64,000 nucleotides of DNA, from assembly GCF_000315625.1 (NCBI RefSeq), contig NW_005434632.1, forward strand, positions 219,901-283,900. Direction: 5' to 3'. The DNA is from Guillardia theta CCMP2712 (lineage: Eukaryota > Protista > Cryptophyta). This document shows, piece after piece, positions 36,848 to 48,475 of the stretch; position 1 is the stretch's first letter; the number at the start of each line of letters is the position of its first letter. Position numbers and translations under genes: made by a program. The notes beneath the pieces were generated by a model that made no database searches, was not told where the DNA came from, and saw nothing but the letters and a program-made list of their open reading frames with translations.

Positions 36848-37264
36848 ATGTCTCAGGTCCAACACATTTCATCAGATTTCCAGCAAGACTCCTCGAATGG
36901 AACGATGCAAATCAAATCAGACTTTGACAGCGAATATATCAAGAATGCTTTCAGAGAGCGTTATTGCAAGTCGTGGTCTCCATGCCAGAAGAACAATGTT
37001 CTGTTTCCAACATATTCTGACGCTTTCGAAGAGGACCTTTCCTCAATTTTCGACTGCCCGAAGCAAATGTTCAACAACGCACCACTACCACAGCAAGACC
37101 ATCGACCTGTGCCTTGCTTTTGCAATGCAAAGCTTGTTTCTAGCCTTGATGACGAGGACCCGGTCGACGAAGATGAGATGATGATGTACGAATACACGGA
37201 GTCCGGTCAGAACATTTCGAGGGTTTCATATAACAAGAAGATGGCGAAAGATGTCTACAAGTGA
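36848..37264 (+). CDS. Intronless hypothetical protein (~138 aa)
   Basis: ATG after a pyrimidine-rich leader; protein-like composition; no family recognised. Confidence 0.55.
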   Translation: MSQVQHISSDFQQDSSNGTMQIKSDFDSEYIKNAFRERYCKSWSPCQKNNVLFPTYSDAFEEDLSSIFDCPKQMFNNAPLPQQDHRPVPCFCNAKLVSSLDDEDPVDEDEMMMYEYTESGQNISRVSYNKKMAKDVYK

Positions 37265-37684
37265 GAGGAATTTTTGTGGTTCAAGCGGCTTTAATTGTAC
37301 TCTATTCGTAACTTGCAAGTATGGTGCAAGAGTGAACATTAGACTGAAGTATTATGAGGGAGGAAACTAGTATGGTTTCTCCTACTAGTGGAGTCTGAAT
37401 GGCTCTGCTCGGATTCTGATCGGTTTAGCTGAAGGCTAGGTCTTTCATACTACATTAGCTCCCTATGAATTGATTCTAGTGACGTTTGAAATAAATTTTT
37501 CAGATCTTGATCTCATTCAGAATGAAGATGCCTTGCGCTTTCAGACCGTGGATGCAATAGCCTTGGTAGAATTGATTTCTCTTTCAATAATTTGTTTTAA
37601 GCGAGATTCATGTGTTCTTTGCCTGATGAGACAAGCTGCTTGATACATATGTACCCGTTCGGTGTTATTGTCCATCATCGACAG

Positions 37685-39088
37685 TCAAACTGTCTGGAGC
37701 TGGATCTGCAAAATTTCCAGGTCTCCACTATGTGTTATACAAGCATTCACCTCGGTCTTTCCTGAGCATAAGATCAATTTCACAACTTCCACCCAGCCGA
37801 ATCTCTCCTCACCTCTCATATCAATCTTCTTGGTCATGACACTTTCACCAAGCTGTAGGGAAGTGCCCGACGATTCGGTGAAATACAAGGGGGGAGAATC
37901 TAAGTCAACAAGTTTCACCTTCAGCTCTTGGCATCTGGAAGCAGGGAGCAAGTACAACTCACCAGAGTCATCGAGATGGTTGGGAAGAACCTTGACGATG
38001 ATTCCAATATCGCACCCTTGCTCTACCTTGTATCTTCGAACACACTTGTCAACGAAGCATGGATGGATGATCTTGCGGTCCTTGGTCGTGAAATTCTGAT
38101 TTTTCTGCCCATTTTTCTCTCCCGTCTCGACAAGGTACACTTGAACATACTTGACTCCCTCCATATTCAACCTGTGCAACGATTCTAGTGTGCACTTTGC
38201 ATCAAGACACGTGAAGTCAGTACGCTCCTTCTTGTTGGAACTAGTCGGACAGCAGCTCCTGGTGCGTATGAAAGTCAGATTGGGATCCTTGGGGTCGATC
38301 ACTTGCAGTCCTCGGCAGTACTTCTCGAAGACTTGCTTAATCCCTCTTGCCATGTAGATCTCAATGAAGAGATCTACACATTCACCACTCTCAATTTTCT
38401 TGAACAGGAACACGGCAGCCCGCACCCTCTGCTCAATCTCGTTTCTGTGCTTGATCAACGTGCATTTCAACTGTTCCAAAGCATCTGCCTCTGCCTGCGC
38501 TTGGTTCTCCTCCCTTCCAAGGTTCTCATGGGCAATCTTGTGATGCTCCATCTCGCAGTCCAGGTTCAACTCGCCGTCTAGCAACGACGTGTCCACTTCT
38601 TCTCGTTCAGCCAGTCTCATCATCAGGTCCACCCATCTTGTCCCCGTCTCTCTCGTGTCTATATCAACCTCAGGCTGCCGTTCATTCAAGAACTCACTCC
38701 AAGTCGACTGCGAGTGCTGATTGATCCACTGCTCGAGGACGGTCTGGGCATCTTCGTTGAGATCCTCGCACCCACAGATCGCGTCGATATTCTGATGTTC
38801 TTGCGTGTGGAAGCGAGCGACAAACACAAGCTGGTTGAGAGATTCGGCACGAAGCTTCAAAATCTCTGACCAGAACTCTTTGAATTGCGGCCTCCGTGTG
38901 GGATGAGGACGAGTAGCGTGAAGGCGAGGGAAGATTTGCCTCAGGGCAGCTTCAAACTTTTCTCGTTTGGCAGGGTCCATCTCAAAAAGCGGATCTCGCT
39001 GATGAGTCATCAAGTCGTGATCCTCTTCCCTGGCAAGGAAGAGTGAGATGATAGCAAAGATTGAACGCTTCATCGCACAACCACACAA
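37685..39088 (-). CDS. Hypothetical protein with C-terminal Hint (Hedgehog/intein-like) domain
   Basis: 467-aa uninterrupted ORF. The last 174 aa start CLDAKCTL and end WVEVVKL..EVNACITHSGDLEILQIQL. The true 5' exon may lie at 39140-39215. Confidence 0.7.
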   Translation of the reverse strand: MCGCAMKRSIFAIISLFLAREEDHDLMTHQRDPLFEMDPAKREKFEAALRQIFPRLHATRPHPTRRPQFKEFWSEILKLRAESLNQLVFVARFHTQEHQNIDAICGCEDLNEDAQTVLEQWINQHSQSTWSEFLNERQPEVDIDTRETGTRWVDLMMRLAEREEVDTSLLDGELNLDCEMEHHKIAHENLGREENQAQAEADALEQLKCTLIKHRNEIEQRVRAAVFLFKKIESGECVDLFIEIYMARGIKQVFEKYCRGLQVIDPKDPNLTFIRTRSCCPTSSNKKERTDFTCLDAKCTLESLHRLNMEGVKYVQVYLVETGEKNGQKNQNFTTKDRKIIHPCFVDKCVRRYKVEQGCDIGIIVKVLPNHLDDSGELYLLPASRCQELKVKLVDLDSPPLYFTESSGTSLQLGESVMTKKIDMRGEERFGWVEVVKLILCSGKTEVNACITHSGDLEILQIQLQTV

Positions 39089-39600
39089 GTCCTCCTAAAC
39101 CATGATCACCATCCTACAAGTTCCAACAGGCTACACCTTCGAATGAGCCTTCTTCGGCGGCAGCTCGCATGCTACCCGTCAAAGCTATGAACACTCCCTC
39201 CGGCTCGTCTTCCATCTTACCTTCTCCTCTTCGCACTCTCTTCCGCGTCGTCTGCTCTACAACGTATCGGCATCCTGGACTGCAGCAGGGACTGCAGCTC
39301 CAGGTTCGTGGGTATGCGGCAAGTGCCATTCTAAATTACATTCAGCAGCTAATGCGAATTTGCTGTCCTTCAATTTCAATATAGGCAAATAGTTGGTGCG
39401 GGCTTGTTTCGCCGGCTTGCCACGGTTACCCGGGGCCCGGCCGCCCGGCCGCTTCGCCGAGCCCTCTCGCGGCCGGATGGTCACGGTAGGGACTCGGGAT
39501 ATGCAGAACTGAACGCTGAAGACGGGTAGACCATCAAGATTCGAGCACAATGCCGACGAGATTTTACTCAAAGTTAAGTGAAAAATCAGAACGAGGACAA

Positions 39601-40431
39601 TCAGGACTCCGGGATAGTCGAGGAGGCTTGACCCTGACACTGTCGCACATGCCACTGCCCGACGAGATATCTTGATAACACCGTGACGATCGTTTCGGTT
39701 GTGTTGCTTTCAGTGTGAATGCAATAATCCTCATCGTAATCCAATCTTGCAAGTTCAGAATCAAGCTCCATCAAAGTGTTGCTGTGATGATTTTTCATTC
39801 GCACAGTCAACAACGTTATGTTTTTATTAATAAACAAATGCTTGAGATGTAAATCATGGCACTAGACTGATATGCAGTGCTGTTTGTCAAAGCAGCTCAA
39901 TCTTCACTCATGCCGTCCCTCACAAACAAGATGGGACAACGAGCATTCTGCTTTTGCCTCCTCATAATGTAATCAAGGATTTTGATTTGGCATAGTTCAA
40001 GATATTTGATATGAGAAATTTGTGCCTTATTAACAGTATGCATTTGAACGGGTGCGACAACATGTTTTCACGGGTATTGGCAGGTTGTGTGAAAATCCAA
40101 CTAGGGTCACGAAAGTATGGACTGAGCTGGGTGTACGCGTTTCATCAAGCATGACGCAAAGCTCAAGGCCTTGATTTCAAGCATGTTCGTTTTGGGCTCA
40201 GCGGAAGCTCGCCACCTGCATGCTGTGCACTGACACGATGTTTAGAACTCTAGCGTGCTTTAGACATGTAGCATCTTCGCATCCATCTTCACATGCAGCG
40301 TGTAGCAATAGCTCTGTAACATGATTGTTCTTGGGCAAGGAATCAACAGGATGTACGCGTTTGCTTTGCGTTCCGAAGTTCCACTCAACCGTGGCCGACT
40401 TGAAATCCGGCCCCCGAACGTGGGAAGCCTT
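39601..40431 (-). CDS. Possible multi-exon hypothetical protein
   Basis: Exon-like peptides ASHVRGPDFKSATVEWNFG..HAACEDGCEDAT, CTACRWRASAEP.., ELDSELARLDYDEDY..; model incomplete. Confidence 0.3.
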
Positions 40432-40435
40432 ACAA

Positions 40436-40589
40436 GGAAGGGACAAACAGGAGCAAGAAGATCAAGTTGCAATATCAATTCAGCGATGGTCCAAAGTTAC
40501 CTGAAAAGTTACCTGAAAAGTTACCTGAAAAGTTACCTGAAAAGTTATTGCAACTTGATACTATCTTCTTGCTCCTGTTTGTCCCTTCC
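40436..40589. repeat. Fold-back: ~40-bp inverted arms around 4.5 copies of a 12-bp repeat (aaagttacctga)
   Basis: ggaagggacaaacaggagcaagaagat-caagttgcaata (40436-40474) pairs with 40546-40589 apart from a 5-nt bulge. Confidence 0.9.
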
Positions 40590-42183
40590 ATCCGAACAAG
40601 CACAATACTGAGCCAACCATGAACAAGCACGTCCGTTCCTATGCCTTCACAACATTAATGAACTCACGGAATTTCTGCATCTGTATCCAGTGACCTCGTT
40701 ATGGACTAGGCAATTCATCGTCTTGGGTTGCTCGAACAAACGTGAGGAAGACAACAATGATTAGCGGAGGTTGAGTGTTCAGGTAATATCAAGATCTAAG
40801 TGTAATGATCCTCAAGGATAAGGAAGGGCATGACAAAAGGGAAATTTGAACTTGCTCATGAGAGTATAGGGGAGAGGAGGGAAGGCTAGGAGGGTTGTTT
40901 GCTGGAGGGGAGTAGAGAACTCGCAAGGAGAGCAGCGGGATGGGCGGGTACTGGTGACTATTATGTCTCTACGACCAATGGCAAAGGTGGAGTAATGAAG
41001 TCGGTTAATCTTGAGATTCTGCTGACATGAGATAGAAGCGGTTACCCTATCTTGGGTCGATGAAGGGGTCAGAAACTCGTAGCAGTCCAGCAATTTTGTT
41101 GCAGCCATGTTGTAAAGATTGAATTTTCTGTAAGGCTGTCCCGTGGGATGTCATCAAGCCGAAGAGATTGCATTAGGAACATAATCTCGCCCTCGTGACA
41201 CATAATGATGACGCTGTGACAGCGCCAGTCAATTCCGTGCCAAGGAGATGTTCACCATGCTTCACCAGAGCACCTCCCCAGCCATCGAAGAGGCGTACAG
41301 CGATCAACAAGTGAAGTGGATCTGATCAAGAGGCACTTGATGGCCCATGATGCAATGGTTATGGACTTTGATACCTCGTTAATGTTCCATGCGCAGGTAA
41401 TGGATGACAACGTGCGAGGAGTATCATAAAAGCACCTTAGCAAGAAGATGATGCTGAACGAGAGGCAAATTTGTTGATGATCGATAAGAGATCGGTGAAG
41501 GGAGACAGCGCAAAATGCAGGTTGCTTTGGTTAACAACAAATCTTGTTTCAACACTGCTGTGGAACATCATCGTTCGACTGTGATGTGCGATTTCTACTT
41601 GAACCTCAAGCAAGGTGGACAGCTTGTAACACTGCCAGATGAGCACTTCTTCCTGTATGATCCCGATGTGCTGAAGACATGAAGTGAACAATGATGATGT
41701 AGTGAACAGCAGGTTTCGCTCTCGAGCATCTCAAAAATATGCTTCTGCGTATGCTTCTCCTTCGGTCCAGTAATCAAGTTAAATGATCCATAAATAAAGG
41801 ATTGATGATTTCAGTGAATCGTCCGTCTTCTCTATCAAGAGCGATGCTCAATCAACGTTGACTCTTCATGCCTTTCGTGATGGTATCATCAAAGTGAAGG
41901 TCTTGCATCCCGATGAAGCCTTGCTCTGAGTTCAATGTTCATTCAATCACATCGCCAAAGCCATGGTCTGTCAAAGCATATCATGATGTATATGACAAGT
42001 ACCTTGAGAAAAGATGTAAAAGGATACACTTTGCTTTCATGGAATTTACTTATTATTAGTGCAGTATCTATTGTGAAAGACCAGAATCAGTTTGGTTTTG
42101 TTCCAAGGGAGCAAATGTTCAAGCGATTTCATGTGTGGCAATTTCATTGGATCCTTGGCGCCTCAACAAAGATTGGCCTCACT

Positions 42184-42408
42184 TCAAGCTTTGTTTGTTC
42201 TGCTCCTACTTGGGGGTATAGACGGAAGCTCTGCCGCGCCCTCCCCTTCCTTCATCGCTATCCGCTCCTCAATCAACCTGATACTGTTCCACAGACAGAG
42301 GAGCTGCTTCCGCTTGACAGAAGACAGTCTCGCAAGCTGATCATCGTTCAAGGGAAGGCATACATGTGATGAGGGCGAGCGGTGAGCGGGCGTTGGATCA
42401 GCAGACAT
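42184..42408 (-). CDS. Small hypothetical protein (74 aa), inverted paralog 1
   Basis: Shares PL.DD..ARLSSVKRKQLLCLWNSIRLIEE.IAMKEGEGAAELPS with 42957-43235; differences are largely synonymous. Confidence 0.65.
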   Translation of the reverse strand: MSADPTPAHRSPSSHVCLPLNDDQLARLSSVKRKQLLCLWNSIRLIEERIAMKEGEGAAELPSIPPSRSRTNKA

Positions 42409-42956
42409 GGGGCAGCCGAGGGAGGAGTGAGGATGGGAGAGGCATGTCTGGAAGACCTTTTTAATCAGGCACTACACCTGTGTAGTAATGAAGGGAGCGG
42501 ATGAAAACTCTCCTTTTCCGTGTCACATTTATGTCATCAAAGAGGGCAATTGTGAATCGATGTATCTTTGGGCTGTCGACTCGTCCTTTCATGTCATCAG
42601 TTCACGTGATCCAGCGATGTCTGACTTATTGCAGTTCATCACCCTTTTGATCCCACGTGATTTGCTTACGCGCCCCTCCAACTGTCGGAGATAAACTCTG
42701 CGGGAGTCCCCCTCCTCCTTATCCTGGACCACCTGCCACGACCCAGTCCTTGCCAGTCCTTCAGTCAAGCCCCTGCTGCTGCTCGTCCTCATCTCATCTC
42801 TTCTTGTCTCTTGCTCTTGCCCTTGCTCTGCTCCCTGCCTCTGATCTCTTTCTGTCAAATTCTCTGCTCCTTCTGCACCTGTTCCCGAACCCAAGCAACC
42901 TAGTCACTACGCCTCGAGTCTACAAGACTTGTAACACACAACAGCCTATCGGTCAG

Positions 42957-43235
42957 ATGTCCATCGTTAGCTTGCCAACCCGCTCTTCAATCCGCCGATC
43001 TTCGTCACCAACAGCACCTGCAGTAGTACCCCTGGATGACGACAAGTGGGCGAGGCTATCGTCTGTGAAGCGGAAGCAGCTCCTCTGTCTGTGGAACAGC
43101 ATCAGGTTGATCGAGGAGCAGATAGCGATGAAGGAGGGGGAGGGCGCGGCAGAGCTTCCGTCAGTAGGATACATCGAAGAAACAAAGATGAGAAGAAGAA
43201 GTGTGAAACTGTATTGTAATAAAGAGAACATGTAA
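42957..43235 (+). CDS. Small hypothetical protein (92 aa), inverted paralog 2
   Basis: As above; ATG at 42957 within the longer track ORF. Confidence 0.65.
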   Translation: MSIVSLPTRSSIRRSSSPTAPAVVPLDDDKWARLSSVKRKQLLCLWNSIRLIEEQIAMKEGEGAAELPSVGYIEETKMRRRSVKLYCNKENM

Positions 43236-43563
43236 GTGCATTCCCGTGAAATGAAGGTGTTGTATTCTCAACTCACTTCTTCAAGATACTGGGACAGAAA
43301 TTCTTGAATTACGCGGCCTCCTCCCATCAATATCAATGGTTGGCAATACGGAGGCAGACTAGGATAATATCGTCATAATGACTTCAACATCCTTGGACGT
43401 GGGGGAGATTTGTTAAATCCGCATGCATGAAGAAGCTCTTCATTGCAGGGCTCCGCGAAATCCTTAAATTTCACAAAGGGTGACACAATGCAAACAACAC
43501 ATACAAAGAATATTGATTCATTCCTGCCCCTGTCCCATCAATCCTATTACCCCCATCCCGCCG

Positions 43564-45143
43564 TCAGATTTGCAACACCAGCAAGCACATCTTTCTGAAA
43601 GCCTCAAATCCAGCGGGCGATTCCCCCTGGGTGATGGATCAGACTGGGGCCGGCCAGGGAGGGGCAGGGAAAGGGAGCAGTAGGTTACCGCCTCGCGTAC
43701 AAGGATGTCTTCGAGCACAGAGTCGTTCTCGTATGACTGATCGACTCTTACAACAGTAGCAGGAGAGCAAACTCAAAGGAGGAGAAGGGCCAGGGATGAT
43801 AGGGGAGGAGGAGGTGTGGGAAGATGGGTAAAGGGGAAGGACGCGACAGAAGGTGGAGAAGTCACAGACGGAAGGCGAAAGAAGGGGGTTGGGAGGAGGG
43901 GGGTGAGGGGAGGCAAAGAAGAATGGAGATGGCAGGATAGAGGAGGAGAAGTCACCAGTTGCCATTCCTTGGAAAGCGCTTCTCGAAGTGCGGCAGCAGA
44001 CACTTTGGCTTCTCCCGCACTGAGATGCTCCCACAGGGTCGCGATGCTCTCATCAAGCTCTGGAGTCTCGACGATCTGGAAGGCTGGTAAGAGCGTCTAA
44101 CGAGATCACTGAGGTCGAGACATCGTCAACGCCTGAGACGTTGAGCTTGTAGTAGAAGTAAGGTTGAATCTCCAGCAAGTCGTGTCGCAGCTCAACCTGG
44201 GCTGTTGCTTCAGGGGAGGCAAACTAGTCACGGGTCACCATCTGCACAAGAACTTACCGACTTCCATCTTTTGCCCAGCTTCATCTCAGCGTATCGAATT
44301 TCTCGCTCGATCATCTCTCTGCAAGTCATCTTCATCACCGGGCACGCCATGCAGCTAAGGAGAAGCTTGCCTAGAGGAGGAGGTCATGGCAAAGTGCCAC
44401 AGTGTATGGTCACGGATCAGAGTCCCGATCTGTGAGACTAGCGTCTGCCCCTTCCTCCGTCATCTCAACGGTCGCCCTTGTCCAGAGCGTCACCTTGGTC
44501 TGATCCTCTCCGGGGGACTGCTCCGCCTCCTGCCCTGCGTACTTGGTGCCCTTGCTGGGGGAGAGGGTCAACCCTGACTGAAACAGGTCGACTAGGAGCT
44601 TGACGGCTTGAAGGGGAGAAATTTGTATCATGCTCTCGGAGGCTATCAGGACTTCGACGGCCTCTTTGGCCTTTCCTTGCTGCCCAGGTGACGTTAGCAG
44701 GGAGGAGGAGGAGTAACGAGAGGGTGATGACGAGAAGGGGGCGAGGAGGAAGGGGCGAGGTGAGGGGAGTGGGGAGGAAGAGGATGGGGAGAGAGTGCGG
44801 TTACCGCGACGAGGTGGTCAAACTTTCGTTGGAAGAAGTTAAACTTGAAGAGTTGGACATCGCTGAGGATCTTGGACTTGCCGAAGTAAGTGACCTTGTG
44901 GGGGATGTCAGGCATGTCAGACTGTTTTCGATCGGCTACCATGGTCCCCTCCATCCTGATGCTGTTTGTTCGCAACGCAACACCCGAAGGTCGTCGAGCT
45001 CTTGAGGAGACAATGGCGTCATGCTTGCTCAGCGCACTTGTCAAGGAGCAAAAGCTGCTCGGGAGGACGAAAGACTGTGACTGGCCCACCATGGTCGCCA
45101 GCACCAGCATAGCTACCGTAATTCCGTACCTGGTCATGTTCAT
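43564..45143 (-). CDS. Plastid-targeted hypothetical protein, multi-exon
   Basis: Signal peptide MNMTRYGITVAMLVLATMVGQSQS, then Phe (FVLPSS) and a Ser/Arg-rich transit peptide. Exons link through KLLLSCMACPVMK, SIATLWEHLSAGEAKVSAAALREAL, to GFEAFRKMCLLVLQI*. Confidence 0.7.
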
Positions 45144-45515
45144 ACTCAGTCAGGACACACCATATGTTTGTCCGCGAGTTGTCGTGGCCACACAGGTTCT
45201 CGCACCATGCCTTGTCCCTCCTCCCGCTACCCCCGCCCGCCCTCTTGTTACCCAGCCATCGTCTGACCTCATTGCGCCTGGATTAGACTCCGACCAATAA
45301 TACGGCGAGTTACATGCCTCACCTTATTCATTTAGAGGCTGACTCGAGAAATATGCTACCTTGACCCCTACTGTTCCCTTGCTTTGAAGGACCTTAGTAC
45401 TGTATGCGAGATGGAATCGCACATTGGTGTGGAGGGCGGTGGGAGGGAAGCAGGAGGGATGGAGGAAAGGTTGTAAAAGGAGAGAGCATTCCATGGAGGG
45501 AATCGGAGAGGAGAA

Positions 45516-45823
45516 TGAATGCTGAAAAGCTTTCTGTGGACGTTGAATGTTGAAAAGCTTTCTGTGGACGTTGAATGCTGAAAAGCTTTCTGTGGACGTT
45601 GAATGCTGAGAAGCTTTCTGTGGACGTTGAATGTTGAAAAGCTTTCTGTGGATGTTGAATGTTGAAAAGCTTTCTGTGGACGTTGAATGTTGAAAAGCTT
45701 TCTGTGGATGTTGAATGTTGAGAAGCTTTCTGTGGACGTTGAATGCTGAGAAGCTTTCTGTGGACGTTGAATGCTGAGAAGCTTTCTGTGGACGTTGAAT
45801 GCTGAGAAGCTTTCTGTGGACGT
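45516..45823. repeat. 28-bp minisatellite x11 (tgaatgYtgaRaagctttctgtggaYgt)
   Basis: Head-to-tail copies with no spacers, between divergent genes. Confidence 0.95.
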
Positions 45824-45922
45824 TGGGTTGCTGGAATGGAAACTTTGTTGGAGCGGGAATGACTGTTTGCCACAGGGCTGAGGGAAGAAAGAGAGGAGGA
45901 GGAGGAGGGCCACAGGAAGAGG

Positions 45923-47277
45923 ATGGTTAACCTGAACAAGTTGAGCGAGAAGCTGGAGATTGCCTCGAACCTCGTGACAGCAGGAAAACTTGACGAGGGG
46001 AGCGCGGTATGCAAGGAGTTGGAAGAGAGCATCAGGGCTTGCCTGAGAGACGCTACCTCTCAAAGTGAGAAGGTCATGCTGGAGAGGTTGAAGAGGACGA
46101 ACATGGTAAGGGAGCTCCCTGAACCTTCCCCTTGACATGACGGGACATGCGCCAGGCGATGATTGACAAGCTGAAGAAGCTAGATGTGCAGCAGCGGAGG
46201 AGAGGTAGGGAGATACGCGAGGAGCCGAGCTGTGCAGTAGCTTCAGGAGCGAGACAACAGTACAGCAATTTCTCCATCCCGGGCAGGGAGGAGGGGACAG
46301 ACCTGCAGCTGGAGCAGCAGTTGGCCACTACCAACCTTGAGCTTCGCGAGAGAGAGATCCTCGTAGATGAAAGATCAGTCGAGCTAAGCAAGGTCAGTCA
46401 AGATGAGCAGGGATGCCTGGGTGGGTCGTCCGAGTGACACTGGGTGGAGCCTGGTGTTTCGATGCTGTGTGATGTTTCGATGCTGTGTGATGTTTCGATG
46501 CTGTGTGATGTTTCGATGCTGTGATGTTTCGATGCTATGAGTTGTTTCGATGCTATGAGTTGTGCCTTTTGCGCAAGAGCCCTTGAAAGTTTGCGATGGA
46601 GCAGAATATGTCGACGATGACTTGCTTGAGGAGGTGTGTGTCTTGCAAGTGAGATGATGCAGCGATGGAACAGGTTGAGAAGGACGTGGCGGCGATCAAC
46701 GAGTGTATGAGGGACATTGGCGAGCTCGTCCTCCAGCAGGTGCTGCCATGAGCGGCGACCTGGGATGCTGACACGCCGTGGGAAGGGAGAGACTCTTGGC
46801 AAGGACGGGGTGCTGTCATGCCAGCTCGAGGATGCCAAGGAAAGGTCCAACGATGCGGCTCATCAGTTCGCCAAAGCTGGAAAATCGAGGTGAGGTCCTA
46901 CCAGTGCACGACCGTGTCCTCCTGTGAAACTTCCTCTGCTCCTGAAGAGCTCCAATGAGCAGTCCGCTGACACCTGCGCTTCCCTCAGAGCAAACAGGCG
47001 GCAGTTTGAAGGAGGGGCGACAGCTGCTGCAGTTGGCGGCATCGTGGGAATCATAGGAGGGCCTGTGAGTTCTCTTGCCGTTCCTCCCCAGCTCACATGC
47101 ATGCAGATTGGCATGGCGGCAGGAGCAGCTACTGGTGCTCTCGTGGGATCGTAAGATATACCCTGCTATGTGCGCTCTGCATGATTGGTGGGGTTCGATA
47201 GGTATGTGGGGAAAAAACTCGGAAAGTTCGAGAAGTCGAGGATTGACGAAGAGTTGTCTCAGTTACAAGAACGATGA
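45923..47277 (+). CDS. Qa-SNARE, syntaxin-17-like (glycine-zipper double membrane anchor)
   Basis: SNARE helix VEKDVAAINECMRDIGELVLQQ|GETL..QLEDAKERSNDAAHQFAKA; anchor GATAAAVGGIVGIIGGP|IGMAAGAATGALVG; basic tail YVGKKLGKFEK..QER*. Confidence 0.8.
46455..46562. repeat. 16-18-bp intronic tandem repeat (gtttcgatgctgtgtgat) x6
   Basis: Visible. Confidence 0.85.
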
Positions 47278-47471
47278 GACAGCAATAGCAAGGCGAATCA
47301 ACTTAACGGTTCTATGTACTATTATTAAATCCAATCGCTTTCTCCATACTCCACATTCCCTCTACTTCAACCGCCCCTCTTTCCCTAGCTCCCTCCTCCA
47401 AAAATCCACAAGGAAAAACTCCATCGACCTCCCCAGAAAAGAAAAATAAAAAGAATGACTCCTGCTCTCAC

Positions 47472-47696
47472 TTAAGGTCCCCACAAGTCTGTGCAGTTCC
47501 ACAATCCAGTCTCGCAGAAGCCCTGCTTTGCCTTATCTTTCTCTTTCGCCATGAGCTCAGGAGAAATGGTCGGGATTGAGCCAGCGACGTCCAGAGACTC
47601 GGTGTCTCCAGCAGACTCAATCTGGGTAGAGGTAGAGAGGAACTGAGTGACTGCAATGTCCCCCACCTTGTGCAACTGAACGAGAAGTGCAAACAT
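47472..47696 (-). CDS. Small hypothetical protein (74 aa, MFALLVQLHK..GFCETGLWNCTDLWGP)
   Basis: Open frame with plausible ATG; no family recognised. Confidence 0.45.
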   Translation of the reverse strand: MFALLVQLHKVGDIAVTQFLSTSTQIESAGDTESLDVAGSIPTISPELMAKEKDKAKQGFCETGLWNCTDLWGP

Positions 47697-48475
47697 ACTG
47701 TTCTGTCTGGTAGAGCAAGCGATGTGCCGGGAAGACGACGATGAGGTGTTGAGATGAAGCTCTGTCTCAAAGGAGAGTAGGAGAGGCACAAAGCTTCAAG
47801 AAGGGGGCTGAGGGGGAGGGAGACAGAGGGCAAGAGAGTGGGAGGAGGAGGATGTAGGGAGGGGGGAGGTGCGAGACGCTGGTAGGATGAGAAGCGATAA
47901 TGCAACTCTGGTTCTAAATCAGGAGAAGGGCATCATGACCCCACCCACGCAGACCACCCCATGGATTTTCAGACCACCCTACGCAATGATGACACTACCC
48001 GTCTTTTTCATTGTATGTTTGGATAATACCCACAAAGTAAGGGTAATTATGACCTAAGTATAAGGGTAGGGATATATCACCCTACCTCTTCCCGAATTGC
48101 TTAATCGCGACTACCTTGAGTTTTCTTTCAGGACCCGCCCAAGTATCTTATTGCTAGCATGGGTGGGGTAGTCCCAAATCTATGTGGTAAATATTGAATA
48201 TTTGTATCAAACTTAAATTATCTGATTAAATTTCAAATTTTTCAATGAGTGCTCCAGAGAATCCTTGGGCAACCGATTTAGAAGGTTTAGCATTGTTGTC
48301 TTGGTGCTGCACGATTTAAAACAAATTTTTATCAACAAGTTTGACTAAATATATTCTAACTACAAACTCAGTATCATTCTTAGTTGACTAAAGTTTAGAA
48401 TTCATTTATTCTTGAGAGTTGAAGAAATATGTTTTGAGTAAAACTTCCACACCCCGAAATAGAAACCCGGCAGCC

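Noticed and set aside
40493-40547. Coding SYLK repeat ORF (40321-40611)
   Set aside because: Produced by a 12-bp tandem repeat inside a fold-back
41100-41900. Possible gene
   Set aside because: Could not build a consistent spliced frame on either strand
45516-45823. CRISPR-like array (28-bp repeats with palindromic core)
   Set aside because: Units are contiguous with no spacers; no cas genes; eukaryotic context
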